64,000 bases of DNA from Promethearchaeati archaeon (GTDB lineage Archaea > Asgardarchaeota > Heimdallarchaeia > Heimdallarchaeales > Heimdallarchaeaceae). Positions 48,232 to 58,497 of this stretch are shown one piece after another (the first letter of the stretch is position 1; each line of letters opens with the position of its first letter). The notes under the pieces were generated by a model. It was not told the origin of the DNA. It did no database searches and saw nothing but the letters and a program-made list of their open reading frames with translations. The translations under genes were made by a program, and so were the position numbers. The stretch covers positions 64,001 to 128,000 of the forward strand of contig JABLTJ010000001.1 of the NCBI GenBank assembly GCA_013166775.1, given 5' to 3'.

Positions 48232-49535
48232 CTCTTTATTCCATCTTGACTCTTTATTTTGAAGCCATATTCTATTCCATCTTTAATTACATCTGCCATG
48301 ATTTTCTTATTTCCCACAACAATGTGTAAATCCTTTAATGGTTCTGGTGTCTCTCTCTTAGCTTTTTCGAAATACTCACGAGCTGCTGCTAAATCAGTAC
48401 CGACCATTCTACCGAAGATAGGTATCATCCTTTTTCTCTTTGTATATCGATCTCTTAATGACATGATTAAACCACGGATAAATATATCACAGCTGGAAAT
48501 TCCTCCGAATCGACTTGTGATTATCAAATCAGTAGCCGGATGATCCATAAGTAAATGAAACATATCTGCTACCTTGCTGAGTGATGGGCCACCTCCACTA
48601 TCCATGAAATTTATTGGAACAACTTTACCGTTAAAATAGCGATTTCCTACATTAACGACTTCATCAATAGAAAAAATTCCATAGCCTGCTCCTCCAGGAA
48701 CCAATCCCACATAAAGTTTATCTTTTTCTTTTTCAAACTTCTCAGGCTCATCGAGTAAGTCTAAATAAGGAAAACCTATTCTGTAAGCCTTATCCTCGAA
48801 AATTGTTTGTTCTGAAATATCATGTCTTTTACTTCTTGGATCTATTCCAATAGATTTCAATAAAGGCTCTTGCCTATACAAACTATTGTCATCAAGTACT
48901 ACTTTTGCATCAGCAGCAATAATATTCTTATCCTCTGAAACAATTAGAGGATTTATTTCGCATATTTTTGCTTCCACAGTTTGAAAAGCAGAATAAAGGG
49001 ACTGAATAGTTGTTTTTAGTTGATTCTCCGATCCCATCAAATTTGAATCACTCTTAACCAAAAATTCTACTGCTTCATCTGCTATAATACCTGGTAGTTC
49101 TTTTACATTTTCCAGAATAATCTTTTTCCAAATTTTTTCAGGATTTTGTCTAGCAACTTCTTCTATGTCCACTCCACCACTTGCTGATGCTACTATTACA
49201 ATATCAAAGGTTGCTGGATCAGTAGTAACTGATAGATAAATTTCACTTGAGATATTGACAGCTTCTTCTAGCAGTATTTTTTCTATTGAGTACCCATGAA
49301 TTGAGAGTTTAAGCATTTCACTGATAATTGTCTTTGTCTCATCAATGTTTTTTGCCTTTTTAATCCCACCAGCTTTACCTCGACCTCCTATCAACACCAT
49401 CGCTTTGATCATTATTGGAAAGGATATTGAAAAATCATCTAATTGCTCAATATTTTCAACTATAGCAATTTGTTGAGGGATTCTCATTCCAAATTTTCCG
49501 AAAATCTGTTTAGCTTCGTATTCATATAATCTCAT
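48228..49535 (-). CDS. ATP-grasp acyl-CoA synthetase beta chain (citryl-/succinyl-CoA synthetase-like)
   Basis: MRLYEYEAK, KA.VL.GGRGKAGG, EINPL, DAK..LDDN, GAG, NF.D.GGG, FGGI..CD. Confidence 0.85.
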   Translation of the reverse strand: MRLYEYEAKQIFGKFGMRIPQQIAIVENIEQLDDFSISFPIMIKAMVLIGGRGKAGGIKKAKNIDETKTIISEMLKLSIHGYSIEKILLEEAVNISSEIYLSVTTDPATFDIVIVASASGGVDIEEVARQNPEKIWKKIILENVKELPGIIADEAVEFLVKSDSNLMGSENQLKTTIQSLYSAFQTVEAKICEINPLIVSEDKNIIAADAKVVLDDNSLYRQEPLLKSIGIDPRSKRHDISEQTIFEDKAYRIGFPYLDLLDEPEKFEKEKDKLYVGLVPGGAGYGIFSIDEVVNVGNRYFNGKVVPINFMDSGGGPSLSKVADMFHLLMDHPATDLIITSRFGGISSCDIFIRGLIMSLRDRYTKRKRMIPIFGRMVGTDLAAAREYFEKAKRETPEPLKDLHIVVGNKKIMADVIKDGIEYGFKIKSQDGIKR

Positions 49536-49547
49536 TTTTAATTTCCT

Positions 49548-51401
49548 CTATTCTGAATGTAGTTTTTGATAGTGTTTGATTAATCCTCCAGCATTAAAAA
49601 TATCAAGAAGTTCTTCTGGTAATTTTGGGAAGTGGAAAACATGTTTTCCATTTGTTATTTTTCCATTTTCCAAATCGATATACATCGATTCATTTTCATC
49701 AAAATTGTCTATGAGTTCTGGATGTACAATAATAGGTAATCCCTGATTTACAGATGATCTATAAAATATTCTCGAAACTGATTTAACAATAACAGCTTTC
49801 ACACCTGCGGTTGCTAATCCTACTGCAGGATGTTCTCTTGAGGAACCACACCCAAAATTTTCTCCTCCAATAACAATATCCCCCTCTTTAATTCTCAATG
49901 CAAAGGACTCATCTAGACCCTTAAACAAATGAGGTACTATTTTCTCACCATCCGATGATTTTATGTCATAAGTTAACCCCCCAGCAAACATTTGATCTGT
50001 ATTAAAATCGTTTATGTCGCTATAGTTCCATATGTTTTGATTATTTCTATTATCCTCAGATGTAATTACAAGGATTTTTGTTTCCAAAGCTCTTGGTTGG
50101 AGATTTATTTGTTTCTCTTTATCTTCGATTTTTATTGAAAGATATTCTCTAGGATCAACTATCTTACCAGCAATTGCAGATGCTGCTACGGTAGCAGGAG
50201 ATGCTAAATATATTGAAGAATTTTTGTTCCCCATCCTTCCCAGAAAATTTCTATTTGCAGTTGATATAATATTCCACCCATCTGCAGGAATTCCTTGCCC
50301 CTTCCCTAAGCATGGACCACAGCTGCATGAAAGAATTGTAGCCCCTGCTTCAACTAGTATTTGAATAATACCGTTTTCTATAGCTTTAAGATAAATTTCC
50401 TGAGAAGCTGGTGCTACGAGGAAAACAACTCCATCTTTTACCCTTTTATCTTTCATTACTGATGCTGCAATAGTTAAATCATCTAATCGGGCATTTGTAC
50501 AAGTGCCAAGAAAAGCTTGATGGATTGATATTTCACCCACATCACTAATAAATTGAGCATTATCTACTTGATGAGGAATTGCAATAAGTGGTTCTAAATC
50601 ATCAAGAGTAATAGTAAGAATTTGACTAAAAATAGCATCATCATCTGACCAGAATAATTCTTCTTTTGATACAATATCTTCGTTATCATGTTTCCTTTTT
50701 AACCACTCGATTAGAATTGCATCTGGTGGGAAAATAGCTGTTTTTGCACCCATTTCTGAAGCTAAATTAGTAAGTGTCATGCGTTCAGAAACACTTAGAT
50801 TTTTTACTCCTTCTCCATGGAATTCAATAGTTTTATATAGTGCTCCAGCTGCGCCAATAGTATTCATGATGTATAATGCAATATCTTTTGCGTAAACACC
50901 AAGGGAAAGTTTTCCTTTCAATTCAATTTTTATTGTCTCAGGAACTCTGAACCATGTTTTCCCTGTCAACCATAATCCTGCAGTTTCTGTTCTGTCAATT
51001 CCTGCTGAAAATGCAGCAAAAGCTCCACTTGTACAAGTGTGGGAATCAGAACCCACTATAAGCATGTTTGGTAGAGCATGATTTGACATCAGTTGATGAC
51101 ATATTCCTATTCCCTCATCATAATAATTTGTGATGTTTTGATTCTTTACTAATTCTCTAATGATCTTATGATCATTAGCAATAGTAACACTGGTTGGAGG
51201 TGAATCATGATCTAGCACAATAACCAAACGATCAGGGTATTTGATTTTTGTACCGCCCATTTTCTGGAATGTTTTGTAAATAGATGCTGAATTGTCGTGA
51301 GATAAGATTAGATCTGGTTCTGCAAAAATTATGTCTCCAGCACTTACTGATTGTTCAGTTTTATATGAAAATAATTTTTCTGAATAAGTTTTTCCAGTCA
51401 T
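49548..51401 (-). CDS. Fused large+small subunit aconitase/isopropylmalate-isomerase family protein
   Basis: SHDN, LDH, GICHQ, DSHT, CTN.R, CGPC, NRNF.GR; then NTDQ, NFGCGSSREH. Confidence 0.9.
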   Translation of the reverse strand: MTGKTYSEKLFSYKTEQSVSAGDIIFAEPDLILSHDNSASIYKTFQKMGGTKIKYPDRLVIVLDHDSPPTSVTIANDHKIIRELVKNQNITNYYDEGIGICHQLMSNHALPNMLIVGSDSHTCTSGAFAAFSAGIDRTETAGLWLTGKTWFRVPETIKIELKGKLSLGVYAKDIALYIMNTIGAAGALYKTIEFHGEGVKNLSVSERMTLTNLASEMGAKTAIFPPDAILIEWLKRKHDNEDIVSKEELFWSDDDAIFSQILTITLDDLEPLIAIPHQVDNAQFISDVGEISIHQAFLGTCTNARLDDLTIAASVMKDKRVKDGVVFLVAPASQEIYLKAIENGIIQILVEAGATILSCSCGPCLGKGQGIPADGWNIISTANRNFLGRMGNKNSSIYLASPATVAASAIAGKIVDPREYLSIKIEDKEKQINLQPRALETKILVITSEDNRNNQNIWNYSDINDFNTDQMFAGGLTYDIKSSDGEKIVPHLFKGLDESFALRIKEGDIVIGGENFGCGSSREHPAVGLATAGVKAVIVKSVSRIFYRSSVNQGLPIIVHPELIDNFDENESMYIDLENGKITNGKHVFHFPKLPEELLDIFNAGGLIKHYQKLHSE

Positions 51402-51410
51402 TTTATATCC

Positions 51411-51917
51411 TCACATCTTATCCCCTAATTTCAATAAACCACCCGCTTTCATAATATCTAAAGCAGGTTTCGGAATAGGATTACATTTTATCTTTGTTCG
51501 CTTGTCAATATTCAAGATAATTGAATTACTAACATCAATTTCTAAAGTATCAAGATCATCAATTAAGAATTCTAAAATACCGGGAGCTTCAACAAGCAAT
51601 AATCCTGCATTTACAGCATTGCTATAATAAATTGGACCAAAAGACTCACCGATGATAGCTTTGATTTTATGAGCAAGAAAACCAGTTACAGCCTGTTGTC
51701 TAGTTGAACCCTTTCCAAAATTTTTACCAACAACTAAAACCTTGTTTTCGTGGTTTTCTTTCCCAAAGTTTTCATAGCCTTCCAAATTTCCAAAAATATG
51801 TGGCTTAATTTCTTGTGGATCATGTATAGTTAATAGGGATTGATGAAAAATTTGATCAGTATCAATATCGTCAACTTTTACTAATTTTGACTTTCCACTT
51901 ATTTTTTCTACACTCAT
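51411..51917 (-). CDS. Aconitase-family small subunit (LeuD/HacB-like), divergent
   Basis: DIDTDQI, GKNFGKGSTRQQA, SFG.IYY.NA.N.G. Confidence 0.85.
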   Translation of the reverse strand: MSVEKISGKSKLVKVDDIDTDQIFHQSLLTIHDPQEIKPHIFGNLEGYENFGKENHENKVLVVGKNFGKGSTRQQAVTGFLAHKIKAIIGESFGPIYYSNAVNAGLLLVEAPGILEFLIDDLDTLEIDVSNSIILNIDKRTKIKCNPIPKPALDIMKAGGLLKLGDKM

Positions 51918-53198
51918 TTAATCATCTCTTGTTTTAGGTAGTGCAATCTTTCCTTCAATTGCTGTTGATGCAGCTACAATAGGACTGGCTAAATAAACAT
52001 CTGCAGGACCGATTTTTCCTTGCGTATTACGATTACCTGTTGTCATAGTAACAGCTGTTTCTCCTCCCGTTAAACCATATTGGCCTTTAGCACATGTTGA
52101 GCAACCAGCTCCAAAGAAATTTCCTCCAGCATCAAGAATAGTTGTCATGCTGTTTTCCTTATGTGCTGAAATAAAATCTTCTCGAGTTGCAGGAACTATT
52201 CCTAATCGTACTTCAGGATTGATCTTCTGATTCTTCAGAATTTTAGCAGCTTCTCGAATATCTGCCGCAGTTCCATTTGTGCAAGAACCAATTATTATAG
52301 AATTTATTGGGGTTCCTAAAACTTCTTCGATCGGCTTCACATTATGTGGATGAGGAGGGCATGCAACATAGAGTCCTAAATCATGAATATCAATTGTAAG
52401 TTCAGAGATGTAATTTGCGTTTCCATCTGCAGTTAATGCTTCTATCTCAATATCTTGTTTTCTGTAATATTCTACTGTTACTTCGTCAGGAGGAATAAAA
52501 CCTATAACTCCCGAAGCTTCAGTGATTAATGAGCACAGAGTAATACGATCTTCGATATTTAGTTTTGAAATAATATCTCCATAAAACTCTACAGCTTGAC
52601 CTGTGATACCATATTCATGCAGCTGTTTTAGAACATACAAAGCTAGATCTTTTGAAGTTGTTGGCCATTTGTATTCTCCTTTTAACGTTATTTTTACCGT
52701 TTCTGGAATTTTAATCCACGATTTACCTGTTTTCATGGCAAAAGCAAGCATCACATCTCCTGCTCCTTGCCCTAAAATTCCTAAAGCACCTAGAATATTA
52801 TAATGACTATCAGCTCCAAAAGCTATATCACCAGGTTTTGAAAATCCTCTGCGAAAAAGAAGATGTGAGCCAATACCCGATCCTAGATCGGTGACACGAA
52901 TATTGTGCTTTCTAGCAAATACTCTGATTTTTTCCTGATCTAATGCATGCTTAGGATCATTACCATAGGGATAACAATCAGGAGTAAAAATAATTTTTTT
53001 ATTATCGAAAGTTAGAGCATCTAGGTAATTTTTTTGAAACAGATCTATAACTTGTGGTCCTGCGTAGTCTCTTGCCGTTACAAGATCAAGATTAATCCAT
53101 ACAATATTACCAGGATATATCTCATTATCAAGCTCATTAGAATGAGATTTAATTATCTTCTCTATAAGTGTAAAGCCCTTCATTTCGTCCAATTTCAC
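51918..53198 (-). CDS. Aconitase-family large subunit (LeuC/HacA-like), divergent
   Basis: TLIEKI, DSH, GSCTNG, C..C, NRN, YLASP. Confidence 0.85.
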   Translation of the reverse strand: MKLDEMKGFTLIEKIIKSHSNELDNEIYPGNIVWINLDLVTARDYAGPQVIDLFQKNYLDALTFDNKKIIFTPDCYPYGNDPKHALDQEKIRVFARKHNIRVTDLGSGIGSHLLFRRGFSKPGDIAFGADSHYNILGALGILGQGAGDVMLAFAMKTGKSWIKIPETVKITLKGEYKWPTTSKDLALYVLKQLHEYGITGQAVEFYGDIISKLNIEDRITLCSLITEASGVIGFIPPDEVTVEYYRKQDIEIEALTADGNANYISELTIDIHDLGLYVACPPHPHNVKPIEEVLGTPINSIIIGSCTNGTAADIREAAKILKNQKINPEVRLGIVPATREDFISAHKENSMTTILDAGGNFFGAGCSTCAKGQYGLTGGETAVTMTTGNRNTQGKIGPADVYLASPIVAASTAIEGKIALPKTRDD

Positions 53199-53351
53199 GA
53201 GTTAGTAAGAAGGTAATAAGGATATCTCTATGTGTTAGAATAAAAGAAAAGCCAAATGAAGAAATATTATTGAAGGATTGCATTCGGTTGATAAATTTTA
53301 TTTAAAAACTAATTTTCTCATATTATAAAATAGAAAGAAAAAAGATGAAAG

Positions 53352-54491
53352 TTAATTCATCTCTTGTATTTTTGTAACAATAGCATCTGCCATTTCTGTG
53401 GTTGTTGAAGAACCACCCATATCATACGTACGAACTTTACCTTCTACTATAACAGCTGCAATTGCATCTTCAACTTTCATGGCCATCTCTTTTTCTCCAA
53501 GCCAATCTAACATCATTTTTGCTGACAGAATCTGTGCTATAGGATTGACTTTATTCATACCTATATATTTAGGAGCTGAGCCATGACTGGGTTCAAATAC
53601 AGCAAAATTATCGCCTATATTACCAGAACATGCAAAACCTAGACCCCCAACTAATTGAGCACACAGATCAGAAACAATATCTCCAAACATATTGGATGCA
53701 ACTAAAATACCATAATTTTGTGGATTCTTGATCAACCACATACACATTGCATCTATATTTGTTTCCCAAAGTTCTTTTCCTGAGTACTCTTTGATTAACT
53801 TGCGAGCTTCACGTATCATCATTCCGCTTGTTTCTCTGATGACATTTGGTTTTTCAACAACAGTAACTGTGGGATAATCAAACTCTTTAGCATAATCCAT
53901 GCTAGCCTTAAGAATTCTTCTTACACCTTTTCTGGTGAAAATTCGAGTAGAAATAGCAATATCATCTAGGTTTACCTCTGCAAAGCGAGTTGCTTTTGGA
54001 TGATTATCAACTAAAGTTTTCATCACATCTTCAGGAACTGGGTGGAATTCTATACCAACATATAAACCCTCCGTGTTTTCACGGAAAACTACAAGATCTA
54101 AGTCATCTCTAAAGTTTAGAGGATTACCGGGATAAGCTTTACATGGACGTAAATTGATATACAAATCGAACAATTGTCTTAGTTTTACAATTGGACTGGA
54201 ATAAACTAATCCTTTTCCTTGTAATTCAGGAGCTAACTCTTTTTGTGCTTCTTCTTTAGGTTTTGATGTAATGGCAGAAAATAGACAACAATCAGACTGT
54301 TTTAGCAATTCAATCGTTCTATCAGGTAATGGATTACCTTCTGTTTTCCAGAATACCCAACCTATATCCCCCCATGTATAGTTAGCTAGTTCACTAAATC
54401 CAACAGCATCAAGAACTTTCATTGCTGCATTCGTTACATCTTTTCCTATCCCATCTCCTGGGAGAACTGCAATTTTGTATTTTTTACTCAT
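53352..54491 (-). CDS. Isocitrate/isopropylmalate dehydrogenase family protein
   Basis: PGDGIG, LRQ.FDLY.NLRP, RENTEGLY, N.FGDI.SD, EP.HGSAP. Confidence 0.93.
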   Translation of the reverse strand: MSKKYKIAVLPGDGIGKDVTNAAMKVLDAVGFSELANYTWGDIGWVFWKTEGNPLPDRTIELLKQSDCCLFSAITSKPKEEAQKELAPELQGKGLVYSSPIVKLRQLFDLYINLRPCKAYPGNPLNFRDDLDLVVFRENTEGLYVGIEFHPVPEDVMKTLVDNHPKATRFAEVNLDDIAISTRIFTRKGVRRILKASMDYAKEFDYPTVTVVEKPNVIRETSGMMIREARKLIKEYSGKELWETNIDAMCMWLIKNPQNYGILVASNMFGDIVSDLCAQLVGGLGFACSGNIGDNFAVFEPSHGSAPKYIGMNKVNPIAQILSAKMMLDWLGEKEMAMKVEDAIAAVIVEGKVRTYDMGGSSTTTEMADAIVTKIQEMN

Positions 54492-54505
54492 AATCTACAC
54501 TTTTG

Positions 54506-55069
54506 TTATTTGTTTTCAAATATTTGTTTAACTGGAGCAAAACAAAGAAAATCACAACGATGAATAATTTCTACTTCTGTTAATCTGGGAATTTTATCTC
54601 CTTCCTTACTATGAAAAACTATAGCCTGGCGTACAATAAGAGGCAAATCAAATTCGTAAACTAATTCCAATCCCATTGCAGGATGACGAATGTATTTTCC
54701 ATCCTTAGTTTGAATGATTTTTCCTGTTTTATCTCTTTCATACTCGATGAATTTACCAACATCATGTAGTAACCCACCTGCAATTAACTCATCCTTGTTT
54801 AATTTATCTCCAATTCCGAGCATCTCATATCTCTCATATGTAGCTATACACATTTGTGTAACTGCACGAATATGCTTGATAATAGATATTTTTGGAATTG
54901 AATTTTTCCCAATTAATTCAGGAATTAATAATGTGAAAGGAATCAGATGAAGATCTTCTTCATTCCACCCCCCTATATTAATTGCTTTTTCAAGAGCTTT
55001 AATCACTTTGTTTTTCAGTTCTTCATTTCCTATTTCTTCTATTTCAGGAAAGAGTTTTTTTATTTCCAT
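54506..55069 (-). CDS. HD-domain protein
   Basis: IPFT, H...V, LLHDVGK, RHP, HS. Confidence 0.85.
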   Translation of the reverse strand: MEIKKLFPEIEEIGNEELKNKVIKALEKAINIGGWNEEDLHLIPFTLLIPELIGKNSIPKISIIKHIRAVTQMCIATYERYEMLGIGDKLNKDELIAGGLLHDVGKFIEYERDKTGKIIQTKDGKYIRHPAMGLELVYEFDLPLIVRQAIVFHSKEGDKIPRLTEVEIIHRCDFLCFAPVKQIFENK

Positions 55070-55208
55070 TCAAATGACCTTTTTATCGCTGTATTAGATA
55101 TTTATACCATTAATTATCATTTTCGATAATACTCATAGAATTTGTTATTGTAGAGTAATTAAAATTTTTGTTAGTATCTTCATTTCCAATTAATTAGTTT
55201 CTTATAAA

Positions 55209-55613
55209 TTAACTATCTATGTAACCAAATAAAGCTAGTTTATTCTTTCCATGTAATGCGATGACTGCAATACCCTTTTCTCTAAGTTTTAATCGTAATT
55301 CCGAATCATTAGTAGCTACAATTGAATTGTTTTCAATAGCTAGTCTTTCAATTTCATCATCAGCTAGTCCTTCTATATTGGATTCAAGAATTCTATATTT
55401 ATTTACCAGTTCTAAAGCAAGTTTTGCTTTTTTTTGAGTAGAAGGAGGGGCATCCAACATGATTTTCTCTAGTTCACAAACAACAATTTTTGGGACAACT
55501 ATTTCAAAAGAAATGGGCAGTATTCTTTCCAACTCGAGAGAAATATTAATTTTCTTTTCTAAAGGTAACATTAGCATGCTAGAATCAAGTATAACTAACA
55601 TGAAAAACCTCAT
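55209..55613 (-). CDS. PIN-domain protein (Fcf1/Utp24-like)
   Basis: LDSS.LM, V..EL, ADD.I, VATND..L; follows aIF2gamma. Confidence 0.88.
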   Translation of the reverse strand: MRFFMLVILDSSMLMLPLEKKINISLELERILPISFEIVVPKIVVCELEKIMLDAPPSTQKKAKLALELVNKYRILESNIEGLADDEIERLAIENNSIVATNDSELRLKLREKGIAVIALHGKNKLALFGYIDS

Positions 55614-55614
55614 T

Positions 55615-56928
55615 TTAATTTTCTAAGATTTTCCCTACTCCTATTAAACGAAATCTACCTGCAATTTTCCTGGATATAGCTATTTTGCTATTTGTAGGTG
55701 CTGCTACTTCTCGATTTAGTCTAATCTTTGCCTTTCCCCCTCTGATCTCTGTAATGACTCCTGCTGTTTTAGCAGTACCAACATTCAACATTAATGTCTC
55801 CCCTTGAGCTAAAGGTTGAACCTTTGTTATCTCTTCTGAACCTACAACATGTTCCATTAGATGAATAGAGAGTTCAAGATTGGTTCTGATAGGTGGTGAA
55901 TTTCCTGGTGTTGTAATAATATTTCCTGCCATTTTATCTGCCTTAACTAACGAAGGATCTAATTCTGTTCCTAGTGCTACTAATCCTCCAGAATGAGCAC
56001 TCTTTACAAGTCCTTGTTCACCTATAGATATACTAACAGCTTGTGTTGTAATTGGTGAATAAATTGTTTTATTTCCTTTCTTTATAGAGATGCCTGGAAC
56101 AATTTCAATTTCATCTCCTACCTTTATTTGCCCTCTTATGATTGTACCACCCAATGCTCCTCCTTTCAACTTCTCAGGTTTTGTACCTGGTCTGTTTATA
56201 TCAAAAGATCTAGCAACATGCATTTCTAAAGGACTCTCTTTATCAAAATCAGGTGTTGGGATGTGTTTTTCTATCTCACAAATTAAAACATCTAAATTAG
56301 CTTTATGCATTGCACTAATAGGTACAATGGGTGCATTTTCTGCAATAGTACCTTTTATGAACTCCTGGATTTCTTTATAATTTCTTTTAGCTTCCTCTTC
56401 TGTTACAAGCTCAATCTTGTTCTGAACAATTACTATATTAGGGATTTTCAGAATCTCCATTGCTGCAAGATGTTCTCTTGTTTGTGGTTGAGGACATCTA
56501 GAATTAGCTGCGACTAGAAGTATTGCACCATTCATTAAAGTTGCACCAGAGAGAAGAGTTGCCATTAAAATTTCGTGTCCTGGACAATCAACAAATGAAA
56601 CCCTCCTAAGATATTCAGAAGGTGTGCCACATTTTGGACATGTTTCCTCTATAGTGTATGCTTCAGGTTCTGGACATTTTGGACATTTGCGGAATTCAGT
56701 GTCAGCATATCCAAGTCTGATAGAAATTCCTCTTTTTAATTCCTCGGAATGATCATCAGGAAACTTTCCTGTGAGAGCCTGAACTAATGTTGATTTTCCA
56801 TTATCAACATGTCCGATTGTTCCAATATTAACAACTGGTTGACGTATTTTCTTATCTTCTGTAATTTCTTTACTTTTTTTGGTTGAAGATGTTTTCTCCT
56901 CATCTACAGAGGATGTTTTTTCACTCAT
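55615..56928 (-). CDS. eif2g: Translation initiation factor 2 gamma subunit
   Basis: QP..NIG..GHVD.GKST, EELKRGISIRLGYA, DCPGHE.LMA, PQPQT.EH, QNKIE, RSFDIN.PG. Confidence 0.96.
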   Translation of the reverse strand: MSEKTSSVDEEKTSSTKKSKEITEDKKIRQPVVNIGTIGHVDNGKSTLVQALTGKFPDDHSEELKRGISIRLGYADTEFRKCPKCPEPEAYTIEETCPKCGTPSEYLRRVSFVDCPGHEILMATLLSGATLMNGAILLVAANSRCPQPQTREHLAAMEILKIPNIVIVQNKIELVTEEEAKRNYKEIQEFIKGTIAENAPIVPISAMHKANLDVLICEIEKHIPTPDFDKESPLEMHVARSFDINRPGTKPEKLKGGALGGTIIRGQIKVGDEIEIVPGISIKKGNKTIYSPITTQAVSISIGEQGLVKSAHSGGLVALGTELDPSLVKADKMAGNIITTPGNSPPIRTNLELSIHLMEHVVGSEEITKVQPLAQGETLMLNVGTAKTAGVITEIRGGKAKIRLNREVAAPTNSKIAISRKIAGRFRLIGVGKILEN

Positions 56929-57185
56929 TATCTCTCATCTACGAATAATAATACTGACTATGTAAGTGTTCTTACTATGTGGTTTTTAAGTTTCTTTATT
57001 AATAATAATTTTGTAATTTTTCATTTCTCAATAATTTTGTGTTCAGCTGATTCACTAAATATTGTAAAATTGAAAGTGATGAAATTGCTTCTATCTCTAA
57101 AAAATAGAGAAAATATTTGCTATAAGTATGTTTAAAAATAATAGGACAGAACCAGCAATGTAGAAATTTGTGAGATGATATCATC

Positions 57186-57761
57186 GTGTATTATACAGTA
57201 AAAGTTAGGGATACATTACGAGTTCCACCCAATAAATTTGATGAAAATCTTTCCCAAGTTCTCGCAGAAATTGCTAGAGAGAGTTTCGAAGGGAAGATTG
57301 ATCCAGATTTAGGTTTCATTGTTGCTGTTACTGAAATTAATAAAATCTATCAGGGTAAATTAATATCAGGTGATGGTGGAGCATATTATGAAACCGATTT
57401 TGAATTATTATGTTATCTTCCTGAAATAGGTGAAGTAGTAACAGGAGAAGTTGTGGAATGTGTTGATTTTGGTGCTTTTATTAGAATAGGAACAATAGAC
57501 GCACTCTGTCACGTTTCTCAAATAGCAGATGATTATTTCAGATACATCCCTAAGAATGCTGTTTTAAGAGGAGATAAATCAAAACGAGATTTACTTGTGA
57601 ATACACGAGTTCGTGCAAGAGTAATTGCAGTTAGTATCGGTAAATCTGCAATAAGAGTAGGTTTAACCATGCGTCAGAATTCTTTGGGTGCTTTTGATTG
57701 GATAGATGAATGGAAAGATAATCTTAAGAAATCTGACTCTTCAGCGAAGGAGGCATCCTAA
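57186..57761 (+). CDS. rpoE1: RNA polymerase subunit E' (Rpo7)
   Basis: RVPP..F, GDGGAY, FGAF.RIG..DAL.HVSQ, GLTMRQ..LG. Confidence 0.95.
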   Translation: MYYTVKVRDTLRVPPNKFDENLSQVLAEIARESFEGKIDPDLGFIVAVTEINKIYQGKLISGDGGAYYETDFELLCYLPEIGEVVTGEVVECVDFGAFIRIGTIDALCHVSQIADDYFRYIPKNAVLRGDKSKRDLLVNTRVRARVIAVSIGKSAIRVGLTMRQNSLGAFDWIDEWKDNLKKSDSSAKEAS

Positions 57762-57949
57762 TGTCGAAAGCTTGTAGAATTTGTCATCTTATAGTTGAGA
57801 AAACTGCTAATATGTGCCCAAGCTGCAAAACACAAGATTTATCTTCTGAATATACTGGCGAAGTTTTCATTTTAAATCCAGAAATTAGCGATGTAGCAAA
57901 AAGGATGAAAATAAGCAAAAAGGGTCATTATGCTTTACGCGTTCGGTGA
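57761..57949 (+). CDS. spt4: Transcription elongation factor Spt4 (RpoE'')
   Basis: KACR.C......CP.C, LS..Y.G, PE.S.VA, G.YALRVR. Confidence 0.93.
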   Translation: MSKACRICHLIVEKTANMCPSCKTQDLSSEYTGEVFILNPEISDVAKRMKISKKGHYALRVR

Positions 57950-58497
57950 AAAATTTGGATTTTGAGGGTAATAAAGATTATTTTCTGCCTGAAGATCAAA
58001 GAAAATACTTCAAAAAACCTTTAGATGAACTTTTTTGTGAAAAAAAAGATATTAATAGAATTATTAATCAAATATCCAACGATGAATCGATTCCAAAAAT
58101 TATCTCTGTAGGTGATGTTGTTACTCAAACTTTTCTAATCAACTCAATTATTCCAGATATAGCAATAATTGACGAAAAAGTCCAGAGAAAAAAAATAAAG
58201 AAACAAGATTATTCTCTTTTCGAGCAAGAAGTAGTGGAGAATCCCCCGGGATCGATTACGCAAGCTGCCTGGAATAAAATTCGTTCTGCAATAAAAAAGG
58301 ATGATAACAAAATCATTATAAAAATAACGGGAGAAGAGGATTTGCTGGTACTCCCAGTGATAATAGAAGCACCTTACAATTCAAAAGTCTTATATGGACA
58401 ACCTAATGAAGGTGTAGTATTAGTAACGGTCACTAAAAAAATGAAGCAAAAAGCAAGACAACTATTACTTAGAATGGTGAAAGTTGATGAAAATTGA
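57946..58497 (+). CDS. DUF359 GTP-dependent dephospho-CoA kinase
   Basis: SVGDVVT, D.K..R, NPPG.I, GEEDL..LP, YGQP.EG. Confidence 0.9.
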   Translation: MKNLDFEGNKDYFLPEDQRKYFKKPLDELFCEKKDINRIINQISNDESIPKIISVGDVVTQTFLINSIIPDIAIIDEKVQRKKIKKQDYSLFEQEVVENPPGSITQAAWNKIRSAIKKDDNKIIIKITGEEDLLVLPVIIEAPYNSKVLYGQPNEGVVLVTVTKKMKQKARQLLLRMVKVDEN

